In this document: positions 9,370-18,908 of the stretch, in pieces
Layout of the letters: each line of letters begins with the position of its first letter
Position numbering within the stretch: the stretch's first letter is position 1
Origin: Candidatus Marinacidobacterium sp.
GTDB taxonomy: Bacteria; Acidobacteriota; Vicinamibacteria; Marinacidobacterales; Marinacidobacteraceae
Assembly (NCBI GenBank): GCA_965220965.1
Contig: OZ244852.1
Coordinates: 1,056,001-1,120,000, forward strand
Length of the DNA: 64,000 bases
Reading direction: 5' to 3'
The notes under the pieces: generated by a model
The model's input: only the letters and a program-made list of their open reading frames with translations
Database searches by the model: none
Told to the model about the DNA's origin: nothing
Translations under genes and position numbers: made by a program

Positions 9370-11015
9370 TCTCCGGCCGCCGCGGCTCGTTCCTCGGTGA
9401 GCCGGAGCGCCTTTCCCGGTCGGGCGCCGGTCACCTCGCCGTCCCGCAGCACGAACTCCCCGGAGACCAGCACGTGATGCATCCCGGCGGCGTAGTGGTG
9501 GGGGTCCCCGAACGCCGCGAGCTCCTCGACCTCATCCGGATCGAACACCGCGATGTCCGCGACCCATCCGGCCTCGAGCCGTCCGCGGTCGGCAAGCCCG
9601 ATGCGCGCCGCCGGGAACGCGCTCATCTTCCGCACCGCCTCGCCGAGCGAAAACAGCCCCGCCTCCCGGACGTAGAGGCTCAGCACCCTGGCGAAGGTCC
9701 CGTAGTTCCGCGGATGCGGGACGCCCTCGCCCGGCGCCACGACGCCGCCATCGGAGGCGATCATGGTCCGCGGGTGGACCATGATCCGCCGCACGTCCTC
9801 TTCGTGCATGGCGTGGAAGACGCCGCCAAATCCACCCTTTGCCTGGATCTCGAGCGCCAGTTCGGCGCCGTTTTCGAGGTTGGATTCGAGACCCCGCTCC
9901 CGCAGGAGGTCGCCGAGGCTCTTGCCCTCGAGCGACCGGTCCCAGGAAGCGCTCGCGATAACGACGTTATCCGGACTGCCGCCGCCCCGGTCGTCGCGCA
10001 GGTTGACCTCGATGGCTTCCCGGATCCGCGCGCGTTCGGCGGGATCGGCCATCCGCTCCGCGAGAGCCTCGGCGCCCCCCTCGAGGCTCCAGGCCGGAAA
10101 CAGGATCGTGAGGCTGGTGGAGGAAGCGGTGTAGGGGTACTGATCGATCGTGACGTCCACGCCGCGCCCGACCGCCTCGTCCACCAGCCGCAGCGACTCG
10201 ACGCTCTGGCCCCACATGGGCGCCCCCACGACCTTGTGGTGAGTGAGCTGGGTCGGCAGTCCGCCCTCCTCGCCGATCCGGATCGTCTCGCGCACCGCGT
10301 CCATGAGTTCGAGCCCCTCCTCCCGCATGTGGCTGACGTGGAATCCGCCGTAGGGGGCGGCGACTTTCGCCAGTTCGATGACCTCCTCGGTCTCGGCGAA
10401 CGCCCCCGGCACGTACTTGAGCCCGGTGGAGAGGCCGAAGGCGCCCTCGCGCATCGCCTGGTCCACCAGCTCCCGCATCCGGTCCAGCTCTTCCGCCGTG
10501 GGGGCGCGGTCTTCCAGCCCGAGGACCTCGCGCCGCACCGTTCCGTGACCGACGGTGAGCCCCATGTTGATGGCCGATCCCTCCGCTTCGAACTCGTCGA
10601 GCCATTCCCCGATGGGTAGGGGCGAGCCGCCGTCCGGCCCGCCGAGAGCCGTGGTGACGCCCTGATGGAGGTAGTTCTCCGCGAGCGGGTGGCGCCCGAT
10701 CCCCCGGACGGCGTGGCTGTGGACATCCACGAACCCCGGCGCGACCACCAGCCCGGAGATATCGATCCGCGTCTCGGCCCGCGCGCCCCCGAGATCTCCG
10801 ATGGCGGCGATCCGGTCGCCCCGGATCCCCACGTCGGCGGCGCGCGCCTCGCCGCCGCTCCCGTCATGAACCTCCCCTCCAGCGAGCACGATGTCGTAGG
10901 ACGCCGCGCATCCGGCGAGGAGGATCGCGGCGAGCGCCGCGGCGGCGGCCCGCAATGTGCTGCTCTCGCCTGGCGCGCTATCGGAAATCTGCTGCATCTC
11001 GGTGGCCTCGTTCAC
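9366..11015 (-). CDS. N-acyl-D-amino acid deacylase (D-aminoacylase family), probable lipoprotein
   Basis: APGFVDVHSH, GLSTGLKYVPG, SHMR, DQYPYTASST, SDGG, HPRNYGTFARVL; lipobox LLAGC. Confidence 0.9.
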   Translation of the reverse strand: MNEATEMQQISDSAPGESSTLRAAAAALAAILLAGCAASYDIVLAGGEVHDGSGGEARAADVGIRGDRIAAIGDLGGARAETRIDISGLVVAPGFVDVHSHAVRGIGRHPLAENYLHQGVTTALGGPDGGSPLPIGEWLDEFEAEGSAINMGLTVGHGTVRREVLGLEDRAPTAEELDRMRELVDQAMREGAFGLSTGLKYVPGAFAETEEVIELAKVAAPYGGFHVSHMREEGLELMDAVRETIRIGEEGGLPTQLTHHKVVGAPMWGQSVESLRLVDEAVGRGVDVTIDQYPYTASSTSLTILFPAWSLEGGAEALAERMADPAERARIREAIEVNLRDDRGGGSPDNVVIASASWDRSLEGKSLGDLLRERGLESNLENGAELALEIQAKGGFGGVFHAMHEEDVRRIMVHPRTMIASDGGVVAPGEGVPHPRNYGTFARVLSLYVREAGLFSLGEAVRKMSAFPAARIGLADRGRLEAGWVADIAVFDPDEVEELAAFGDPHHYAAGMHHVLVSGEFVLRDGEVTGARPGKALRLTEERAAAAGE

Positions 11016-11189
11016 GGTTCTCCCGCCGGTATCCCACCCGCGGAGCGGGTCCCCGGACCGGCGGATCAGTCTCGATGGGTGTTTTCGAGGATACCGGAGG
11101 GTTCTTCTTCCGGGGCTCCGGCCCGCTCCGGTACCCTCCCCTCCACGCGCCGGTGGCGGCCGCGAATCTCAACAGTCGGGAGTCTCTTC

Positions 11190-12569
11190 ATGCGCTCATT
11201 CTTCGGATCCCTGACCGCGCTGGCTTTGCTGGCGACCCTGCTTCCCCCGGTCGAAGCGGCGGCGCAGGAGAACCCGACGGTGCTCCCGCTGCGGGAGCGC
11301 GCCGCGCTGGTCGACCGCTGGCTCGAAGTCCGCTTCGAGACGGTCCTGCCCGAGATCATGCGCCGCGAGGGGGTGGACCTCTGGATCGTCTCGGCCCGCG
11401 AGTACAACGAGGATCCGGTCATCCGGACGATGCTCCCCTACACCTGGCTGGCCGCCCGCCGGCGCACGGTGCTGCTGTTCCACGATCGCGGCGAGCCGCA
11501 CGGCGTGGAGCGGCTGGCGGTGGCGCGGTATGACATCGGCGGGATCCCGGGCGCCTGGGACCCCGAGACCGAGCCCGATCAGTGGGCGCGGGTCGCCGAG
11601 CTGGTCCGCGAACGGGATCCGCAGGTCATCGGCCTGAACCGGTCCCGCGACTTCGGTCTGGCCGACGGCCTCACCGCGACCGAGTACGAGGCGCTCCGGG
11701 AGGCCCTGGGGCCCGACCTCTCATCGCGGCTGCTCGACGCCGAGCGGCTCGCGATCGCCTGGCTCGAGACCCGCACCCCGGAGGAAATGGCCGCCTACCC
11801 GACCGTGGTGCGCCTCGCGCGCTCCATCATGATGGAGGGGCTCTCGGAGAAGGCGATCCAGCCGGGGATGACGACCACCGAGGATCTCTCCTGGTGGCTC
11901 CGCGAGCGCATCCGGGAGCTCAAGCTCCAGACCTGGTTCCAGCCCGGGGTCTCGCTCCAGCGGCCCGAAGGCGAGATGTTCGGCGGCAACGAGGGGGGGC
12001 AGGGGGACTTCTCCTCCCGACCACCGCCGGACACGATCCTGCCGGGAGACCTTCTCCACCTGGACTTCGGCATCACCTACCTCCGGCTCAACACCGACAC
12101 CCAGATGCAGGCCTACGTGCTCCGGCCGGGCGAGACCGACGCCCCGCCCGGGCTGCGGGAGGCCTTCTCCACCGGCAACCGTCTCCAGGACATCCTGACC
12201 GACGAGTTCGTCGCCGGCCGCACCGGCAACGAGATCCTCGCCGCGGCGCTGACGCAGGCCGACCGCGAGGGGATCACCGCCTCCATCTACACCCATCCGA
12301 TCGGATTTCACGGTCACGCCGCCGGCCCCACGATCGGTCTCTGGGACCGCCAGGAGGGCGTGCCGGGGAAGGGCGACTACCCCCTGTTTCCGATGACCGC
12401 CCACTCGATCGAGCTGAACGCGCGCGTCCCGGTTCCCGAATGGGGCGGGCAGGACGTCCGGATCGCGCTCGAGGAGGACGCCATCTTCGACGGGGAGACC
12501 ACGACCTACATCGACCCGCGAGCCGAGCGCCTGCTGCTGATTCCCCGCCAGACCCGGACCCACCGGTAG
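11190..12569 (+). CDS. Secreted M24-family (Xaa-Pro) aminopeptidase
   Basis: Signal peptide; pita-bread metal ligands LHLDFG...NTD, HPIGFHGH, SIELN, LEED. Confidence 0.85.
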   Translation: MRSFFGSLTALALLATLLPPVEAAAQENPTVLPLRERAALVDRWLEVRFETVLPEIMRREGVDLWIVSAREYNEDPVIRTMLPYTWLAARRRTVLLFHDRGEPHGVERLAVARYDIGGIPGAWDPETEPDQWARVAELVRERDPQVIGLNRSRDFGLADGLTATEYEALREALGPDLSSRLLDAERLAIAWLETRTPEEMAAYPTVVRLARSIMMEGLSEKAIQPGMTTTEDLSWWLRERIRELKLQTWFQPGVSLQRPEGEMFGGNEGGQGDFSSRPPPDTILPGDLLHLDFGITYLRLNTDTQMQAYVLRPGETDAPPGLREAFSTGNRLQDILTDEFVAGRTGNEILAAALTQADREGITASIYTHPIGFHGHAAGPTIGLWDRQEGVPGKGDYPLFPMTAHSIELNARVPVPEWGGQDVRIALEEDAIFDGETTTYIDPRAERLLLIPRQTRTHR

Positions 12570-12603
12570 CCGGGACCGCGCGCTGCGCGGGGGGGCCGCC
12601 GGG

Positions 12604-13743
12604 CTAGGAACGGCCGGAGAGCACCCGGGTGTCGGCCACCGGCCAGTGGATGCGGACCCGGTCGCCCTCGCGGGCCAGGCTCCCGAACAGCGAGTTCCCG
12701 CGCGCCACGAGCTGGTGGCCGCCCTCGATCTCCAGCTCCATTTCCAGCCGGTCGCCGAGGAACGAGATCCGCCGGACCGCCGCGTCGGCGACGTTGAACC
12801 CCGGCGCCGCCGGGGGATGCCCGACCTGAACCACCTCGGGCCGGATCCCGAGCATGACTCTCCGGTCACCCCTCCGGTCGCGTTCGAGGCTGTCCCGGGC
12901 CGCCTCGACTCCCGGTCCCGACCGGACCCGGAACCGCCCCGCTTCGCCGGCGGCCTCCGCCGGGAGCAGGTTCATCTTGCCGACGAAGGCCGCCACGAAC
13001 GCATTCGCCGGGCGGGTGTGCAGGTCGAGCGGGGAGGCGAACTGCTGGACCCGGCCCTGATGGACCACCGCAACCCGGTCGGCCACGCTCAGCGCCTCCT
13101 CCTGGTCATGGGTGACCCAGAGCGTCGTCGCCAGGAACTCCCGCTGGAGCCGCCGCAGCAGGACCCGCAGCTCACGGCGCAGCGCGGCGTCCAGGCTCGA
13201 AAGCGGCTCATCGAGGAGCAGGACCTCGGGCCGGATGGCGAGCGCCCGGGCCACCGCCACGCGCTGCGCCTCGCCACCCGAAATCCGCCTCGGCAGCCGT
13301 TCGGCGAGGTCGCCGAGGCCCACCCGGTCCAGCATCTCGTTGGCGATTTCCGTGGCCCGCTTGCGGCTCTCCCCCCGGCGCTCGGGGCCGAAGGCGACGT
13401 TCCGCCGCAGGTTCAGGTGGGGGAAGAGGGCGTAGCTCTGAAAGACCATCCCGACGTGCCGCTTCTCGGGCGGGATCCCCTCCATCGGCTCCCCGCGGAT
13501 CCAGACCTCGCCGGAGTCCGGCTCGAGGTGGCCGGCGATGCACCGCAGGATCGTCGTCTTTCCGGCGCCGCTCGAACCGAGGAGCGCCACCAGCTCCCCC
13601 GGCTCGATGGCCAGCGTGACATCCACGACCGGTTCGGCGTCGCCGAACCGTTTCCGCAACGCATCCAGACCCAGTCCCGCCCGGCGGAAGTCCACCGGGC
13701 TCTTCTCCGGACCCTTCTGACGCCGCTCCAGCCAGGCGCTCAC
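12604..13743 (-). CDS. ABC transporter ATPase (PotA/FbpC-like)
   Basis: GSSGAGKT, VFQSYALFPHL, ISGGEAQR, LLLDEP, TOBE tail; GTGA overlap with the upstream gene. Confidence 0.92.
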   Translation of the reverse strand: MSAWLERRQKGPEKSPVDFRRAGLGLDALRKRFGDAEPVVDVTLAIEPGELVALLGSSGAGKTTILRCIAGHLEPDSGEVWIRGEPMEGIPPEKRHVGMVFQSYALFPHLNLRRNVAFGPERRGESRKRATEIANEMLDRVGLGDLAERLPRRISGGEAQRVAVARALAIRPEVLLLDEPLSSLDAALRRELRVLLRRLQREFLATTLWVTHDQEEALSVADRVAVVHQGRVQQFASPLDLHTRPANAFVAAFVGKMNLLPAEAAGEAGRFRVRSGPGVEAARDSLERDRRGDRRVMLGIRPEVVQVGHPPAAPGFNVADAAVRRISFLGDRLEMELEIEGGHQLVARGNSLFGSLAREGDRVRIHWPVADTRVLSGRS

Positions 13744-15242
13744 CCCGTGGAGTCTCCGTCGAACAGCCGCCCGGCGGCGCCGTCCTCCGGAATACGCCAC
13801 GGCTCCCGAAGCGCGCTCCCGCGAGCGAACTCCCCGAATCGCTCCCGGAGCGCCCCCGGCGGAGGCGGGGCCCAGGGCGTGTCGGATTCGGCTTCCGCCT
13901 CCGCCCCGCGCTGGGTGCGGACCCGGACGCGCGCTTTCCGGACCCGCGTCCCCGGCGGATCATCCGGACGCCCGAACTCATGCGAGCGAAGCTCGATCCT
14001 TCGCGCCAGCGCCGCGGTGTCCGGCGCGAGTTCTCCGGCGTAGTCGACGGCGCCGAACGCCTCCCCCCGGAACCGGGCTTCGAGGAAGAGCGCCGCCGCC
14101 GTGGGGATGTGCATCTGTCGCGCGATCGGGCGCGCCGGGGGGTGAGCCCAGGAGGAGACCACCGTCGAGAACGGGTAACTGAGGATCTCGAGGTCGGTCA
14201 CCTCGGCGGGATCGAACCGCGGCATGGTCTCGAGCGCCGCGAGCGCCGGCTGCACCGCGCGGGAGCCGGGGTACTTCTTGAAGCCCACCCGCAGGACCGC
14301 CCCGCTGGCGGCCGCGTCCGGGAACCCGCGCGCCGGAGTGGTCCCCGCAGCCGGTTCGTCGCCGGCGCCGGAGGACGAGGCTTCGAGCGCCGCCTCGAGG
14401 CCCAGCGCCTGCCCCCAGGCGCCGTAGGCGAACTTCACCGGAGCGCCATCGGCGAACGCCCGGTAGGGGTGCATCGGGGTCCGGGCGTCGGCCAGACGGA
14501 GCGCCCGCTCGGTTCTCCCCGGGTCGTGGCCGAGAAGCCGGCTCACCACCGCGGCGGCGGCGATCGAGGCCAGCGCGCCCGGAGAGTGGACGCCGGTCCG
14601 CTCCATCGCGCCTCCGATGAGATCCCGGTGCCAGGCGCCGATGCCGCAACCGATCGCGATCGCGTCGAGGAGTTCCCCCAGGCTCCGTCCGAAAGCCTCG
14701 GCGGCCCCGACCGCGGCGGAGACGCACTCGGGGCCCACATGGAGCTCGAGCGGGTCGCCGCAGAAGCGGTTCCAGAACACCGCGCGAACCAGGTCGGTGC
14801 GGCGCCGCCCTCCGACCGGACGCCAGAGGCAGGCGTGCGGCGTCGGGGCCGCCTCGCCGTTCGGCGGACCCAGAATGGCATCACCCATCGCCGGGGTCAG
14901 GAAACCCGGAACCGGCGGCGCCGCGCCCACGGCCAGGCAGTCCGTCAGGAGATCGAGCGCGGCGCCCCGGGCCTCTTCCGAAGTCACTGCGGAAGCGATC
15001 CAGGCCGCGGCGTCTTTCAGGTCCTGCGGATGGATCCGGTCGACGAGGCGCAGATCCCGCCGGATCTCCGGCCCCGGGTGCGGCGGCGCCCCGGGACGCG
15101 GGTCGAAGGAGGGAGGCTCGATACCAGCGGCCAGCCAGGCCTGAAGCCAGGGGGCGCTCCCTTCGGGGACGGGGAGGTCCGGACTCAGACACGCGGCCAG
15201 TGAACGCGCCGGATCGGCGATATTGGGGTCGTTTGCGCTCAT
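13740..15242 (-). CDS. Divergent MmgE/PrpD-family protein
   Basis: LLTDCLAVG, G..LLDAIAIG, GVHSPG..ASIAAAA...LLG, FKKYPG, F.E.A pattern; ATGA-coupled within the ABC operon. Confidence 0.7.
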   Translation of the reverse strand: MSANDPNIADPARSLAACLSPDLPVPEGSAPWLQAWLAAGIEPPSFDPRPGAPPHPGPEIRRDLRLVDRIHPQDLKDAAAWIASAVTSEEARGAALDLLTDCLAVGAAPPVPGFLTPAMGDAILGPPNGEAAPTPHACLWRPVGGRRRTDLVRAVFWNRFCGDPLELHVGPECVSAAVGAAEAFGRSLGELLDAIAIGCGIGAWHRDLIGGAMERTGVHSPGALASIAAAAVVSRLLGHDPGRTERALRLADARTPMHPYRAFADGAPVKFAYGAWGQALGLEAALEASSSGAGDEPAAGTTPARGFPDAAASGAVLRVGFKKYPGSRAVQPALAALETMPRFDPAEVTDLEILSYPFSTVVSSWAHPPARPIARQMHIPTAAALFLEARFRGEAFGAVDYAGELAPDTAALARRIELRSHEFGRPDDPPGTRVRKARVRVRTQRGAEAEAESDTPWAPPPPGALRERFGEFARGSALREPWRIPEDGAAGRLFDGDSTG

Positions 15243-16234
15243 TCGGGGAGGATCTGTTGACGGAAACGCTGTGCCCAGGCGGCGCGCAGCTCTCCGAGCC
15301 TCGCCATGTCGAAGCGCAGAACGCCTGCGAGTGACGGCAGGGAGTCGGGAACGTCGGCGTCCAGCCGGGACGGAATCAGAAGGAGTTCGCGCGCGGCGGT
15401 GGACTGCGCGTCGTACGAGAACATGTGGGCGGCGAAGGCCCGCGCCAGCGCCTGGTTCCGGGCGCCGGCGACCACCTGAACGCCCTGCGGAAGCGCGATC
15501 GCGCCTTCGGCCGGCGCCACCCAGCCGACGGGAGCTCCTCCCGCCGCGAGCTGGCGCGCCTGCGCCGGGAGGCCGAGCGTCACCCACGCCTCGCCCTGGG
15601 CCACGAGCTGGTTGTTGGCCGGACCGCTCGTCCCGAAGACCGCGACCTGCTCGCGGAGCCGGCGCAGCCGGTCGAAGCCGGCGTCGGCGTCGGTCTCGCT
15701 TCCGGTTTCGGCCTGGGCGAGCGCGGCCACCGTGAGGCCGCCGAGCGTGCTGCCGAAGCCGAAGAGCGCGAGCCCGCCGCGGAACCGCGGCTCCTCGAGC
15801 GCCGCCCACGAAGCCGGGGGAACGGCGAGAGCCTCGGTGTTGTAGAGGAACCCCACCGGCGAAGCGAAGGTGGCGGGCAGCGCGCCGTCATGGATCCATG
15901 CGCCGGGGTCCATCAGATCGAGGTCCGGGAGGCCGGCGGTCGCCGGATCCTCGAGCAGTCCCTCCTCGGCCAGGATCGCGGCCTCCCCCGCGTCGATCCA
16001 CAGGGCGTCGAGCGAGGGATTCCCGGCCTCGACCCGGACGCGCGCCGCCTGGTCCGAGGAGCGGAGCCCCACCGCCACGATGCGGGAGGAAGTGGCGGCC
16101 TCGAAGGCGGGAGCGAAGTGGGTTTCCAGGTCGGCGATGCGGCCGGGGGGAACCGCGACGACGAGGTCGGTGGCTTCCGGACCGCAGGCGCCGAGCAGGA
16201 CCGCCAGCGCGGCTGGAAGCAGACGGGAGATCAT
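15239..16234 (-). CDS. ABC substrate-binding lipoprotein (PotD/AfuA-like)
   Basis: Lipobox LLGAC; YNTE...PPASWAAL, GEAW, PAEGA. Confidence 0.85.
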   Translation of the reverse strand: MISRLLPAALAVLLGACGPEATDLVVAVPPGRIADLETHFAPAFEAATSSRIVAVGLRSSDQAARVRVEAGNPSLDALWIDAGEAAILAEEGLLEDPATAGLPDLDLMDPGAWIHDGALPATFASPVGFLYNTEALAVPPASWAALEEPRFRGGLALFGFGSTLGGLTVAALAQAETGSETDADAGFDRLRRLREQVAVFGTSGPANNQLVAQGEAWVTLGLPAQARQLAAGGAPVGWVAPAEGAIALPQGVQVVAGARNQALARAFAAHMFSYDAQSTAARELLLIPSRLDADVPDSLPSLAGVLRFDMARLGELRAAWAQRFRQQILPE

Positions 16235-16246
16235 GAGGAGGCTCGT

Positions 16247-17086
16247 TCAGGCGGGGCCGCGCGCCCGGGGCGCGCCGCTGTTGCGGGAGAGTCGCTCGGC
16301 GCAGACGGCGGCCACTCCGGTGATCGCGATCGCGACCGTGCTGATGGCGGCCACCGTCGGGTCCTGGTAGCGGTCCACCGCCTCGAAGATCGCGACCGGC
16401 AGCGTCACCGTGCGTCCCGAAGCGAGGAGCAGCGACAGCGCGAAGTTGCCGAAGGAGATCACGAAGGCGGACACCGCGCCCGCGACGATACCCGGGCGGG
16501 CCCCCGGCAGCGTCACCAGGAAGAGCGTGGCGAGCGGACCAGCCCCCAGGCTCCGCGCCTGTTCCTCGAGAAGCGGGTCCGTCGACTCGAGCGAAGCGAC
16601 CACGCTGCGGGTGACCCACGGGACGGTGATCAGCAGGTGGGCGACCGCCAGCGGGGCGAGCGTTCCGGCGAGCTGCGCTCCCGAAGTGCGGGCGAGCAGC
16701 GACACGCTGGTCAGGAGCCCGACGCCCAGAACGAGCCCGGGCAGGGCCAGCGGAGACAGGAGCAGCGAAAGCAGGAACTCCCGGCCCCGCAGCGATCCGC
16801 GCGCGATCCCGAGCGCCGCCGGCGCGCCGATCAGCACGGCCGCCGCGCTGGACAGCGCCGCCAGCATCAGGCTCGTTCCGAGTCCCGAGAGCAGCCTCGG
16901 CTGGTCGAGGAGCCCGGCGTACCAGCGGAGACTGAGCCCGGAAGGCGGCGCCTGAACATGGGCGGTCGGGCTGAAGGAATGGAGAACGACCGCAACCGGC
17001 GCCAGCAGCAGCACCGCGAACGAGAGGCCCGCCCCCGACAGGAACGCGGCCCTCGCCAGCCGGGAGCCCGCGGCGCGCGTCGCCAT
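16247..17086 (-). CDS. ABC permease (PotC-like)
   Basis: SLRWY, SPLALPGLVLG, EAA-like loop LEEQARSLGA, TLPVAI. Confidence 0.9.
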   Translation of the reverse strand: MATRAAGSRLARAAFLSGAGLSFAVLLLAPVAVVLHSFSPTAHVQAPPSGLSLRWYAGLLDQPRLLSGLGTSLMLAALSSAAAVLIGAPAALGIARGSLRGREFLLSLLLSPLALPGLVLGVGLLTSVSLLARTSGAQLAGTLAPLAVAHLLITVPWVTRSVVASLESTDPLLEEQARSLGAGPLATLFLVTLPGARPGIVAGAVSAFVISFGNFALSLLLASGRTVTLPVAIFEAVDRYQDPTVAAISTVAIAITGVAAVCAERLSRNSGAPRARGPA

Positions 17087-17943
17087 TACGTCCCGAAGAT
17101 GCTTGCGGAGCGGCGCCGGCTGAAGGCGGAGGCCGCCGCGAGGAGCGCGCACGCCGCGACCAGCAGGATGATCGAGGCCGCGGCCGCGGTCGGCCAGTCG
17201 AACGTGACCGCGACGAGCTCGTAGATCTCGAGCACCAGGGTGCGCGCGCCGCTTCCGCCGAGGAGCGCCGGCGTCGCGTAGGCCGACAGACAGCCCACGA
17301 CGACGAAGCTGGCGCCGGAGAGCAGTCCCGGGACGGTCAGCGGGAGCGTCACCCGGAAGAAGGTCGCGAGCGGCGATGCGCCGAGACCGCGCGCGGCGTC
17401 CACCAGACCCCGGTCCGCGCGATCCAGGCTGGCGGTCAGCGCCAGGATCATGAACGGCAGGAAGGACTCCGTCAGCGCGATCAGCACCGCCGCCTCGGTG
17501 TGGAGGAGCCCCGCCCGCGGCAGCCCGAGGGCCACCAGCGTCTCGCCCAGGACCCCCTGGCGGCCGAGCAGCAGCGTCCAGCCATAGGCGCGAACCACGA
17601 TGGACATGAGCAGCGGCGAGACGACGAGCAGCGTCAGCACGCTTCGGGTGGCCCCGGACGAGCGCGACAGCACCCACGCCGCCGGAAACCCGAGGAGCGT
17701 CGTCAGGCCCGCGGTGGATAGCGCCAGCCGGACGGTGCGCAGCGCCGACTCGGGGTAGGGGGCCTCGAGCAGCGCGGCGAACGAACCGAGCGCCGGGCCG
17801 CCCTCGAGCGGCGCGAGCGGCCCGGGCGGAAAGAGCGAGACCCGCAGGAGGATCCCGACCGGGATCGCGGCCCCGACGAGGATGACCCCCAGCGCCGGCA
17901 GCAGCAGGAGCATCGCGGCGCGCCGGGGGGCTCCGCTGTCCAT
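17086..17943 (-). CDS. ABC permease (PotB-like)
   Basis: PLLMSIVVRAYGW, LPFMIL, DAARGLGA, TPALLGG. Confidence 0.9.
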   Translation of the reverse strand: MDSGAPRRAAMLLLLPALGVILVGAAIPVGILLRVSLFPPGPLAPLEGGPALGSFAALLEAPYPESALRTVRLALSTAGLTTLLGFPAAWVLSRSSGATRSVLTLLVVSPLLMSIVVRAYGWTLLLGRQGVLGETLVALGLPRAGLLHTEAAVLIALTESFLPFMILALTASLDRADRGLVDAARGLGASPLATFFRVTLPLTVPGLLSGASFVVVGCLSAYATPALLGGSGARTLVLEIYELVAVTFDWPTAAAASIILLVAACALLAAASAFSRRRSASIFGT

Positions 17944-17987
17944 GCGCCGCGGGATTCTATGGGTCCGCCCGTTGTACCGTTGCCCGG

Positions 17988-18362
17988 TTGCGTTCCCCCC
18001 TGCGGTCGCTGGTCGGCCCCGCGCTCGCCTTCATCGCGGTCTCGGCGATCGGCGCGCTCTTCTTCCTCGATCTCTGCGATCTCATCTACGACTGCGGGTG
18101 CGCGTCCTGGTGGGCGGGCGGCGCGAGCCACTGCAACATCCAGACGCCCGGCCCGCCCGACTGCCCGTTCTGCGCGCACCCGACGGCGTCCGCGGCGGCC
18201 TGTTTCCTCGGGATCGGCGCCCAGGCCGGCATCATCCTCCGGCGGTTCTCCGCGGGCCCGCGCGTTCTCCTTCGGCGCGCCCTGCTCGCGCTGGCCGCCT
18301 TTGCGCTGGTCATCGCCGCCGCCGGAGGGGTCCTCGGCGTAGCGGTCAGCTACTGGGGCTGA
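17988..18362 (+). CDS. Small Cys-rich membrane protein of unknown function
   Basis: Three hydrophobic stretches around C-x5-CGC-x2-WW-x6-CNI-x8-CPFC; TACCGT box 7 nt before the TTG. Confidence 0.65.
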   Translation: MRSPLRSLVGPALAFIAVSAIGALFFLDLCDLIYDCGCASWWAGGASHCNIQTPGPPDCPFCAHPTASAAACFLGIGAQAGIILRRFSAGPRVLLRRALLALAAFALVIAAAGGVLGVAVSYWG

Positions 18363-18427
18363 TCCTCACGGCAACCGGTATCATCGGCCGCCGGACCCAC
18401 TCCCCCAGCGACGAAGGGAAGACCTCG

Positions 18428-18829
18428 ATGGACCGCACGAACGAAGTTCGCCACCTCCGATGGGAGGCGATGCCGAAGGAACGCCTGAAGGAGGGCCTGC
18501 ACCGTCGGATGGTGACCGGGGAGCGCGCGATGCTGACCCAGGTCTTTCTCGACAAGGGGGCGGTCGTCCCGATGCATTCGCACGAGAACGAGCAGCTCAC
18601 CTGGGTCGTCGAGGGCTGCCTCCGGTTCTGGATCGGGACCGAGGACTCCGAGCCGGTGGATGTCCACGCCGGCGAAGTCCTGGTGCTCCCCTCGCAGGTG
18701 CCCCACAAGGCGATCGCGCTGGAAGACACGCTCGACGTGGACATCTTCACGCCGCCCCGCCAGGACTGGCTTGACGGCACGGACTCTTACCTGCGGGGGA
18801 CTTCGGGAGAACAAGACGCGTCCTCGTGA
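18428..18829 (+). CDS. Cupin domain protein
   Basis: VPMHSHENEQ...G.L.F and GEVLVLPSQVPH; DIFTPPRQDWL. Confidence 0.9.
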   Translation: MDRTNEVRHLRWEAMPKERLKEGLHRRMVTGERAMLTQVFLDKGAVVPMHSHENEQLTWVVEGCLRFWIGTEDSEPVDVHAGEVLVLPSQVPHKAIALEDTLDVDIFTPPRQDWLDGTDSYLRGTSGEQDASS

Positions 18830-18908
18830 GGCCCGGACGGCGGCGACGGCCCGCTCCCCGGGACTTCGCCGCGCGGGGACTCCCGACGGGCCCTGAAGTC
18901 GCGCGGTG

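Noticed and set aside
11071-11140. Resemblance of ctcGATGGgtgttttcgag to the 5' part of a fluoride riboswitch
   Set aside because: The conserved downstream CUGAUG element is missing and the neighbouring genes are unrelated to fluoride.
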